A stretch of DNA of 32,000 nt from positions 4,260,001 through 4,292,000 of the forward strand of contig NZ_RSDW01000001.1 in the NCBI RefSeq assembly GCF_003945235.1, written 5' to 3'. The notes under the pieces are model-generated. The model saw only the letters and a program-made list of their open reading frames with translations, was not told the DNA's origin and searched no databases. Below are positions 1 through 8,000 of this stretch, piece after piece. Source of the stretch: Edaphobacter aggregans. Lineage in GTDB: Bacteria; Acidobacteriota; Terriglobia; Terriglobales; Acidobacteriaceae. The translations under genes and the position numbers were made by a program. How positions within the stretch are numbered: the stretch's first letter is position 1; each line of letters opens with the position of its first letter.

Positions 1-669
1 AACTTGGGACACCAATTCCATTTGGCCGTGCAACTTGCTATAGAGCTGGTGCTAACGAACGAATTCGTGGCCAACAGGATCAGCCGAGACGCAAATTTCG
101 CGCAGACAATCTATGACGCGCTTTATTACCCCGTGAATCTCTGGTATACCGACGAGCGGCGGGTGGATTGCTCACAGATCGCCTTGATAGACGGGATTAG
201 TGCAATAACGGGTGAGTCCCTTAGTCTGGAGGAACCCGACCAGGATTTTCTTCATACCCAGGTGAAAGCCGTGCTGGAACTCATTGCCGACTTACCATAT
301 TTGGAGGAACGGCTTCGTGCAGCATTTCGATCGAATCGGTTGGTTGTCGCAGATGGGATTCTTGGCCGACTTCTTGACGCTATCCCGAAGGAGATTCGTC
401 TGTTGAAGGCTGTGCCGGGCGCTGAAGACGTGTATCAGTGGGATTACAATCGCTCCGGCATTCCCTATGAGGCATCTGTCATCCAGGACATTCAGGACAA
501 CAGACCGTTATGGGATGCCTACGCAACCATCGGGGCTCTGGTGAAATCGGTGGCTGAAATAGTTGCTAGGCGCTCTACTGTGGACGAGGTTCTCTCTGGC
601 CTTTCAGAGGCAGAAAGCGTTACTAAATTGTTGGCGGGCCTTTTAATACCGATCGGAGCAAACTCGTGA
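1..669 (+). CDS. hypothetical protein, 5' end outside the window
   Basis: The frame is open from nt 1 (codon aac is in frame with track ORF 4..669), so the TTG at 4 is probably not the real start. Stop TGA 667-669 overlaps the GTG start of the next ORF (GTGA), suggesting translational coupling. No family motif recognised. Confidence 0.5.
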   Translation, partial: NLGHQFHLAVQLAIELVLTNEFVANRISRDANFAQTIYDALYYPVNLWYTDERRVDCSQIALIDGISAITGESLSLEEPDQDFLHTQVKAVLELIADLPYLEERLRAAFRSNRLVVADGILGRLLDAIPKEIRLLKAVPGAEDVYQWDYNRSGIPYEASVIQDIQDNRPLWDAYATIGALVKSVAEIVARRSTVDEVLSGLSEAESVTKLLAGLLIPIGANS

Positions 670-1976
670 CGCCAACCGACCCAATACCTTTCGACCCCGA
701 GTTGCTCGAGGTATATGGAATTATTCGAAGCACTCCCGCCTGGAAGGATGTGAAAGATTCCATGGCGCGCCTGGCCCCATTGCGCCAACCAGCGGCAAAG
801 CCATACGATCAGATGGACCTGGACCGGGACAACGTATTGCGGTATGCGGGAATCCTGCGCAATTCATCTGATTCCATAGCCTATGCGATCTGCTTAGCGG
901 CACACTTAGCCCGGTTTTCCAAGACGCAGGTATTCGAACAACGCCTGAATGAGGGGTTCCAGGCGCTCTCGACAGGGCTGGACCTCCCTGCTCTGGCCGA
1001 GGCCGACACCCGGACAGAGCTGGATCGATGCCTACGCGGAGTATTTCCGAACCAGAAGATTGAGCTGCCTTCGCTGCGTGCACCCGCTCCCGCTCCCGCG
1101 CCAGATGCTCCGCAGCAACCACGCCCAACATCCGAAACCCCCGATGTGGAATCTGCTGCCGCGCCCAGTGGGGACCCAGCCGCAGATGCGTGGCGCAACG
1201 CGCTGGAGAGAGTGCTCACCCAGATTCGGGACATGGACCCGCTGAATATCGATAGCGTGATTCAGAAGGCATACGATGTCTGGCAAGCTAGACTGATGGC
1301 CTTCTTATCGACCCAGCCTGAAGTCCCGCCCGACATCGATTATTTGCGCTGTCGTGCATTGAATCTACCGCCGGGGATGATCCTGCGAGGGCGTCTCAAG
1401 AACGTTAGCCTTCGCGAATGGAACGAGGCCTTCGTCGCCGGCATGTCGGAAACCGGTGTGACTTTCCCGGTTCCCCTTTGGTTTTCACTGGCAGCGCTTG
1501 GTGCGCTGGGGTTCGACGTTCCCCGAGATCTGAGTTCGGTTAAGTCAGCGGAGGAAAACAAAGCGGCTAGCGAGTTCATCTCGAAGATCCCACAGACTAG
1601 TCCCCCAAAAGGTCTGCTCATACTCCGGGTGACCGCCGAGTCACAGACTGCAGGCTGGAACATCTCCACTAGCATGCCAACCCTGATCATCACTCCCACA
1701 GACTTCCTCCGCGAAGGCAAGGCGAACCTGCAGTCTTATTTCCAGCCGAGACTGCACGGAGTCTTGATCGAGGTGGGCCGCGACGAGCAGCCGGCTGCAG
1801 CGTTAGCTCGCGCGAATGGCGCCGCAATCAAGGAAAAGCTTCCATCAGTACGATTGGGATTCTTGATGGCTGCGCAGCCTCAGAACGCAGTCCTGCCGTC
1901 GGGCTATAATAGTTTCGCAATAATGCCTACTGACGCGATGGATGCGTATACAAAGGCGTTCATGTCTACGTCATAA
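666..1976 (+). CDS. hypothetical protein with central Ala/Pro-rich linker
   Basis: 436-aa ORF. GGAG at 655-658 lies 7 nt upstream of GTG 666. GTGA overlap with the upstream ORF. Linker APAPAPAPDAPQQPRP is encoded around 1080-1170. No catalytic or family motif recognised. Confidence 0.55.
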   Translation: MTPTDPIPFDPELLEVYGIIRSTPAWKDVKDSMARLAPLRQPAAKPYDQMDLDRDNVLRYAGILRNSSDSIAYAICLAAHLARFSKTQVFEQRLNEGFQALSTGLDLPALAEADTRTELDRCLRGVFPNQKIELPSLRAPAPAPAPDAPQQPRPTSETPDVESAAAPSGDPAADAWRNALERVLTQIRDMDPLNIDSVIQKAYDVWQARLMAFLSTQPEVPPDIDYLRCRALNLPPGMILRGRLKNVSLREWNEAFVAGMSETGVTFPVPLWFSLAALGALGFDVPRDLSSVKSAEENKAASEFISKIPQTSPPKGLLILRVTAESQTAGWNISTSMPTLIITPTDFLREGKANLQSYFQPRLHGVLIEVGRDEQPAAALARANGAAIKEKLPSVRLGFLMAAQPQNAVLPSGYNSFAIMPTDAMDAYTKAFMSTS

Positions 1977-2065
1977 AAAAGCACAGCTGTTCCCCTTTGA
2001 TGAGGATGGCGGATCCCTCTTTTTCACTTGGCATCACCTTGACACCAAAACCGCTTTCTTCCAAG

Positions 2066-2188
2066 CATAGAAAAGAGCACTGAGGAGCCGTAGTGGACGA
2101 TTGCGTGTTCCGGTACTGACACGAAGATCGAGGCTAGGCTGCCCCCGATCATCCGAGCCAGCCTTACCTTCGAGGATCTTTTTCGTTG
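2066..2188. repeat. Left arm of composite repeat module, copy A (paired with 17143..17266)
   Basis: By-eye alignment to 17143..17266 is collinear over ~123 nt with roughly three quarters of positions identical, e.g. gcactgaggag, tactgacacgaa, atcgag, ccccgat, cttcgaggat. One minus-strand frame gives a similar peptide in both copies (GKAG..RGQ.SLD.RVS.G.R.R.LRLLSAL). Confidence 0.8.
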
Positions 2189-2214
2189 CTACAACGAGTG
2201 GATGCAATCGCCGG

Positions 2215-2574
2215 TTAAACAGTGCCTCCGAGATTCGATTTTCGGAGCGGCTCGAATGACAACTGCTCCCGAACGGCCTCTGGAATGGTTAGTGAGCGAA
2301 GCAAGTTGGGAGAGATTTTTGCAACTTCCGGCGTTCCAGGACGAAGTCGGGGGAGCTTCGGTGTATTCATTCGCTGGCCGCTTCGAACCTTAGCCCAGTA
2401 CCCTCGTGCAGGAACGGGGACTTGCAGCTTGCGACGCACCTTCGCCAGCGCCACGTCGGAGACGTTGTGGCGTTTCGCGAGAATCGACATGGGCTCTTCC
2501 CATACCTCTTTATAGAGGTGCCGCGGTGAACGGCAATAGATTGCATGGAGTGACAATACAACACAAAACACCAC
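2215..2574 (-). CDS. HTH-like hypothetical protein with LY.EVW..PM....GVSDVALAK..RKL..P.P.RGYWAK motif, probably truncated or frameshifted
   Basis: The translation contains HLYKEVWEEPMSILAKRHNVSDVALAKVRRKLQVPVPARGYWAK. I recognise this as a recurrent N-terminal motif of uncharacterised bacterial proteins but cannot name the family. The real start is probably internal. The ORF stops at 2212-2214 while a second minus frame stays open to 2034 and carries the conserved repeat peptide. Confidence 0.45.
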   Translation of the reverse strand: MVFCVVLSLHAIYCRSPRHLYKEVWEEPMSILAKRHNVSDVALAKVRRKLQVPVPARGYWAKVRSGQRMNTPKLPRLRPGTPEVAKISPNLLRSLTIPEAVREQLSFEPLRKSNLGGTV

Positions 2575-2691
2575 TTCGCGCCTCGAAGGCGGAATCTGAC
2601 GAGGGACTTTGTTGTTGAATTGATCGGATTCGCATCACATTCATTATCAACGACTTACGGATGATGTATTGGCCTGCGATAAACGCTGTTT

Positions 2692-2918
2692 GGCGGGAAT
2701 TTGGCCATATGCGTAAATTCGCTGCGGAGATTCAGCCTTATGGGGGTGCGCCACTTCGGCCTTATGGGGTTTGAGAACCTGCAAGTCATTGAAACAAGAG
2801 CGGGGCAAGTTCAACCTTATGTGCAAACCCACACCCCTGTGGGTTTACGAATAAGGTTGAAGTTGGACCCCATAAGGTTGAAGTCAACACCCCATAAGGC
2901 GAAAGTTCTTATGGGGTG
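2692..2918. repeat. Iteron-like cluster A: four direct copies of TTCArCCTTATG(G/t)G(G/c) plus three inverted copies and one further direct copy
   Basis: Direct cores CC(T/A)TATG start at 2705, 2736, 2760 and 2815. Inverted copies are aataaggttgaa 2850-2862, ccccataaggttgaa 2868-2882 and ccccataaggcgaaa 2890-2904. A further direct copy gttcttatgggg lies at 2905-2916. The perfectly conserved block aagtcattgaaacaa is at 2783-2797. Collinear with 17667..17806. Confidence 0.85.
2825..2846. other. Perfect 9-bp stem / 4-nt loop hairpin directly after iteron 4 (copy A)
   Basis: aaacccaca cccc tgtgggttt; the two arms are exact reverse complements. Confidence 0.7.
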
Positions 2919-3028
2919 TGCGTTTGTCATAACACTATCTTTGGAAATCCTGCCGGGTCCTATCGTTTGGACGATGCAGTAGGCTATCGCGTGGCACGCA
3001 ATGCGTCGCCTTAGATGGACACTTATGC

Positions 3029-3319
3029 TTGTCCCTCGCTGAGAAAACCATCGACGATATGCTGACAGAACTTGGAATCAAGCATCAGAAGGAATCCCCT
3101 TATCCTGAAGGCCGATTCCGATGTGATTTTCTCGTTGGATCAACCTATATTGAATATTTCGGTTTGCGAGGAAACCCAGAATACGATGTCCGCATACAAG
3201 AAAAGCTGGATCTTTGCCAACGGCTTGGTTTGAGCCTGCTTGTCATCTATCCGGAGGACCTTGTTGATAGTGCCGTCCTCCGACATAGACTGCTAGGGAT
3301 TCAGGGAGGGGCCAATTAG
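3029..3319 (+). CDS. small stand-alone restriction-endonuclease-like (PD-(D/E)xK / Vsr-DUF559-like) protein
   Basis: 96-aa ORF. RFRCDFLVGSTYIEYFGL....K..L.....G..LLVIYPEDL resembles the D-x(n)-(I/V)E-x-x-G core of endonuclease-fold domains. TTG start with no clear SD (alternative ATG at 3059). The function call is tentative. Confidence 0.45.
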   Translation: MSLAEKTIDDMLTELGIKHQKESPYPEGRFRCDFLVGSTYIEYFGLRGNPEYDVRIQEKLDLCQRLGLSLLVIYPEDLVDSAVLRHRLLGIQGGAN

Positions 3320-3339
3320 CACTCCTCAATTTCATTCAC

Positions 3340-3519
3340 TCAACTAGACGTGAGGAAGACCGCGGTCGTCCTTAAATTCAGAAAGCGATCTTCCATAATT
3401 TCCGTCATGAACCGCAGGAGCATCCGTTCTATCCATTGAACCCAGCCTTTTAAGGAACTGGTGTCGCGAAATGGTGGCGTCCACGTCTCAGCAGACTCCC
3501 GAAGAACTCTCGATGCCAT
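3340..3519 (-). CDS. 59-aa hypothetical protein, below the track cutoff, possible last gene of the lipase cluster
   Basis: Hand translation gives MASRVLRESAETWTPPFRDTSSLKGWVQWIERMLLRFMTEIMEDRFLNLRTTAVFLTSS*. GGAGGA (rc of 3524-3529) lies 4 nt upstream of the ATG at 3519. The ORF starts 37 nt downstream of the 489-aa gene stop. An imperfect palindrome at 3353-3372 overlaps its 3' end. Confidence 0.4.
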   Translation of the reverse strand: MASRVLRESAETWTPPFRDTSSLKGWVQWIERMLLRFMTEIMEDRFLNLRTTAVFLTSS

Positions 3520-3556
3520 ACAGTCCTCCGTTGATTTGGCGATGTCTTGGCAGTGC

Positions 3557-5026
3557 TTAGTTACTTTTTGGAGGAAAGTAAACCGAGATTACGGCGCCTC
3601 TCGGCTTGAATGGCCATATGCGCGGCTTATAGGGCGTTTCGAATCGAAGTTCGATGTCGGTCCCTGGCACTCTCTTTCGCTGATTGTCGAGGACCATCTC
3701 TACTTGAGTGGTAACTCCACAACCATCTGTCTGAATCCCCGCTTTCTTCAGGGTAACCGAGGTAATCTCGAGTGCGAGTTGACAGTCGTTGCCTCCTTGC
3801 GTCGCGACGACCGTGTCCCGTCTCTTGGTGTATAGAGACTTGTCGAGGCGAAAGGGCTTCGGCTGAGAATCTAAATAGCCGCTGTAGCTCTTCATGTAGT
3901 CGGCATAACTCTTTGAGGTGCTGTTACGCGATAGTGCTACTGCCTGATTCAAAGAGATAACCGGAATCGCTGGTCCTTTTGGGTCCGCTGGATTGGGGAT
4001 GCTGCCAGGAACAGGCCCAAACGATTGGGCGATGCTGTCAACGCTTGCTTGGATTGTTGGAATAAGACGCGGTGGAATGTCCTGGCTGACTCCCTTGGGC
4101 GCAGGTGCGCCAGGCGAAGGAAGCGGTTGAGCGAGCCCATTGGCGATCTGATGAAGATACTGTTCGATCATGCCAGGCTGGCCCCACTTTACGCTGTTCG
4201 TCAGAACGGTGTAGTTCTTTTGTAGAGTTTGCAACGAGACGGATTGGTCCACTATAGTCTGGTTGATCGAGCTGATCTGTTTGGATTGTTGTTGAAATTG
4301 CACATTTAGGGTGGCGGAATCGGTTCTCAAGTCACCGAGTTGATCTCCCTGTCCGGTCACCTGTACGTCTAGGCGGCCTAAATCGGCTCCGAATACGTTC
4401 TGCACTTGGATCTGATGCGCGATGTTGTTGAGCGCGGCAGTAACTTTGTCATTGTTAGCAGGCGACTCCTCCATAGACCCCCCACCAGACACGGAGGGCA
4501 GCAAATGGACCGTAGCTCCGCCCACAAGTAGCGCGGCGAGGATAGAAGCGAGCAGCGTAGCATTACTGTGCTTTCCGCCAGCCGAAATCAAAGCATCCCG
4601 AATTTTGCCCAGGATAGCTGCAATTCTGCCTGCCTGCGAGGATCGAACTCGCATTGGTGGGATGCGCAATTCGTTGAGCGCCTCCTTCAAGATTAAGCCG
4701 AACCGTGGGTCATCGACGGCTTGTGCCCAGACCACGCGACCCGCCACGTATGGCGCAAGTGAGTCTGAATAGCCGGGGCATGAATCCTGAATCGCCTTTG
4801 TGATCTTTGCCTTGCCCATTGGCGTCTTGTACAAGTCGTCGTAGATGCTTACGAGCAACGGGTTTGAGGCGATGGTGTCCATCAGATCGTCGTCCGGTAT
4901 ACGGTCACTGGTCAATTTCTCACTGACCAACGCACGAAAATAGTCGTCCGAGGCGGCCCGGTCGGTCCACGGTCTTACTTCTGATTCCTGGATCTCAGGC
5001 ACGTCTGGCATCAGCGGCTTCCCCAT
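3557..5026 (-). CDS. membrane-anchored coiled-coil / Pro-rich protein (TolA/TonB-like layout), function unknown
   Basis: 489 aa. N-terminal ~150-aa soluble part, one hydrophobic helix (ATLLASILAALLVGGATVHLL), a Q/N/L-rich heptad-like region, a Pro-rich stretch (PLPSPGAPAPKG...PVPGSIPNPADPKGPAIPV) and a C-terminal ~130-aa domain. It overlaps the lipase stop (4995-4997) by 32 nt, or by 17 nt if the ATG at 5011 is used, which is preceded by GGGGAA. Confidence 0.7.
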   Translation of the reverse strand: MGKPLMPDVPEIQESEVRPWTDRAASDDYFRALVSEKLTSDRIPDDDLMDTIASNPLLVSIYDDLYKTPMGKAKITKAIQDSCPGYSDSLAPYVAGRVVWAQAVDDPRFGLILKEALNELRIPPMRVRSSQAGRIAAILGKIRDALISAGGKHSNATLLASILAALLVGGATVHLLPSVSGGGSMEESPANNDKVTAALNNIAHQIQVQNVFGADLGRLDVQVTGQGDQLGDLRTDSATLNVQFQQQSKQISSINQTIVDQSVSLQTLQKNYTVLTNSVKWGQPGMIEQYLHQIANGLAQPLPSPGAPAPKGVSQDIPPRLIPTIQASVDSIAQSFGPVPGSIPNPADPKGPAIPVISLNQAVALSRNSTSKSYADYMKSYSGYLDSQPKPFRLDKSLYTKRRDTVVATQGGNDCQLALEITSVTLKKAGIQTDGCGVTTQVEMVLDNQRKRVPGTDIELRFETPYKPRIWPFKPRGAVISVYFPPKSN

Positions 5027-8000
5027 GAGAGTGGTTCAAGATGATCTCTCGGACATCCTTTCGATTCTGAATCCATTCGGCGGCGGTTCCCTTCCAGCCT
5101 CGTGGCGGAGTTGCAATTGGAATAGGCTGTACTGTACCTGGCTGATCGAGATAGTTCTTTAGGCAGCTCGTTGCCGTTTCGCGACCAAGCAAGCGATAGG
5201 CCTCAAACTGCGATTCATCGAACCATTGGTTGATCGTCGTCTCGTGCGGGAACTGTGCATTATCGCGGTCGAAGCTCTTGACGATAACCGAGCTTGCGCT
5301 TGCGACGGCCGGCTTCAGGTACAAAATGGTTCCCGACGAGCCATCGTTGTACTCGATACTGCCGATCGCGTACGAAGAGCGATTAAACTTCGAGTCGCCG
5401 TAGCTGAGTAGTCCGTCCGTGGGCAACGTAATGTTCGCACCAAAGTTGATTTGACATAGTTCCATGGCGTTGACCAGGTCCTCAAAGCGATAGTGAGGGT
5501 CGCAGTCTGCATCGCATAGAATGATTACTTTGCACTTACGGCGAACCAGCTCAAACAGGCCAAGATTCTCAAAATGGCCGCCATCGGAGAGATAGATGTA
5601 CTCACTCTTATCCGTGGCCTGCGCAAACAGTTCGTCGAGCATCGGCTTGAGTCCTGTCTTAGGACCCTCATCACATCTCGTACTGCGGTTGCGCGGATTG
5701 CCGAGCCACCAACCCAAGCGAACGTTGGCCGCTGTCATCAGTGCTGCAACAGCGGGCGAGGTATGGGCTCCTTCGTTCGGGCTCTGCGCCCCTCCTGAAA
5801 TCGCCATCGCGCTGCCTAGCGTAATGCTGTTCGAACTCTCCTGCGAGTCCGTCAGGGAAAGGGCAGGAGTGCCTTTCGAGGAGCAGAAGTCAGTCTTGAT
5901 CAATCCCGATTTTGCCAAAGGATCGTTCGAATCCAGCTGCTCGTCGGGGGAAGGGTAGCGGATATACCCGCAATAAACAGGCGAGAAAATAAAATTCATT
6001 GCCCGCCGTTTCTGCAAATCCAAGTTCCCGCTCTTGGTCACATTGAGAGTGCAATTGATGATAGGAAATGGTCCGTCAAATTTGTTGGATTCTGCTCGTT
6101 GAAGCGGGTCGACCTTTTCACCCTGATCTTCTTCTTGCTTCGCATCGGCAGTCAGCGATGCCATCGTGATGGTGGGTGCGCCGGTGCCTGCGCTCGCCGC
6201 GAGGTAGCACTCAATCAGGCGAAATCGATACACGTTGTGCAGCGATAGCCGGTTGACGTCGATCATCCGGCCCAACACAACAAGAAGGGCGACGGAGACC
6301 GCCAGAAAGATGTACTCCGGGCGTAGCCATACCTTCAATTGTTGGGGGATATAGCCTTCAACAGTCGCTAACAGCAAGTGGTTCAGGCTTGACAAGAGAA
6401 TTAAGAGTCCTAAGAGGAAGACGTACGGCGCAACGCGCGCCAGGAATCCCATGAACTGGTATTGGTCCCCACTAGGTTTCACCCTAACTATCCATGGTGT
6501 GGGATTGGACTCGGACGGAGCGGGCCCCCCAGTCTTTCCACTGTATGCGCTTAGCACGCCACCCACGGTAGTGAGAATCCAGCCCAAAAGAGCCGTAGCC
6601 CCTGGGAGTTTGTAGCCCCCGCGCAGATTGTATAGGTGCGGACCGACCCGCGCCATGAACTCAGGCCACAACAGTGCGAGCGACGCGACTCCGAGCCAAC
6701 CCAGAGTAAGAATGGCGGTGTCTCCCCATATGCGATTCAGCCACTCCTGTGCAGATGATTGAAAGGGTAAAAGAGCCATGCCTGCTGATGCCATTAACAC
6801 ATATGCCAGAAGCAGCAAAAGCGGAGCGGACGCTGCCGATAACAAGAGACCCGTCTCGAAATGATCGCCCAGGTCAAAGAATCGCGCGAGGAGGAAGGAT
6901 GATGCCCAAAAGCACAGCATGCCGATAATACCTGTACATACGAGCGAGACAATGGGTCTCCACCGATCGCTCGATTGAAGCCTCTTCAGCAGGCCCGGGA
7001 ATGCCCCAACCCGGTACGTAAAAAAGACCACGCATAGAAAAGAGATGAGAAAAAATCCCCACGGAATGGCAGGGTGGTAGCCCGAAACATAGTCAAGGCG
7101 TCGGGCGAGGCCCACTCCAACTACAACCGGCCCGAATAGCAGAACAGCAAAGAAAGTAGTAAAGGCGTGCTTTGCCGCCGCTCGTCGTGAAGCCGTGGCG
7201 TCCTTTGGGTTATAGCCTAACCCTGAGGGGAAAAGCATTATGAATAGTCCCGCTCCAGCGAAGAGTCGGATGCGCCACGCTGTACTAATCCAGTGAGGAT
7301 CCTCAGGAAGTCGCCAACTATAAGACTGAAGGCGACTAGCCTGCTTATCAAGACCATCGGTAAGAGATTTGAGCATCTTCAGGGCCGACCGCGGAAGTGC
7401 CTGAGCATCATCAAGAATCGGTAGGTCAGTGACGATACTCTGCACGACTTCGTTGACAGCTTTCGATTGTCTTTCTTCCGCCGATAGTACCTCTCCACAG
7501 GGTGGAACGTGTGCGGTACCTTCGTGTAGTTGGCCACTGGCAATAGATAGAGGAAACCAGCGGCAAAGATCATTCTTCACGGATTCCAGCGTTGCTACTG
7601 CCTCTGGATTGGGTCTTCCGTTGGAGCCGAGAATCTGCTCGTATCCCTTGCTGATACTGTTTCCGACCTCATTCATTGCGCGTGTTGTCGCTTGGTCCAC
7701 CTTAAGATCCGGAATGCAATCTATATCTGATATCGACTTACAGGCCGCCAGCTCCGCCGAGGTAAGCTTGGCTTTAAGATCGGCAAGAGACGCTTTCACT
7801 ACCCATCCTTCGCCCGGGTAGTAGGGACTCTTGTCTAGAAAGGTTCGCATCTTGTCTTCCAGCACACTGCGGGGCACGTCTGGAGATTGACTCGAACCCG
7901 ATTTCTGTCTTAGCTCAAGCTCGTTTCTCAGAGCCGTCAATGCCGTCTCAACGCTCTGGTCCACATAGAGAGAGGGTTTCGTGCGGAACGCTTCGAGGTG

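Noticed and set aside
2692-2918. Possibility that the short repeats form a CRISPR array
   Set aside because: The units are only ~15 nt, imperfect, irregularly spaced (31/24/55 nt) and present in both orientations. There are no cas genes in the window.
2647-2982. ORFs 2647..2832 (-) and 2701..2982 (+) across the iteron cluster
   Set aside because: Their translations are dominated by the repeated motif (PHKAE... or LMG...), so the periodicity is a DNA-level repeat and not coding.
3353-3372. Imperfect palindrome aggaagacc-gc-ggtcgtcct between convergent genes, as a bidirectional terminator
   Set aside because: It has one mismatch, essentially no loop, and no T-run on either strand. It is mentioned only as context for the 59-aa ORF.
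3461-3835. 124-aa plus-strand ORF
   Set aside because: It mostly overlaps the 489-aa minus-strand gene, which has a coherent domain layout and operon context. No SD or motif.
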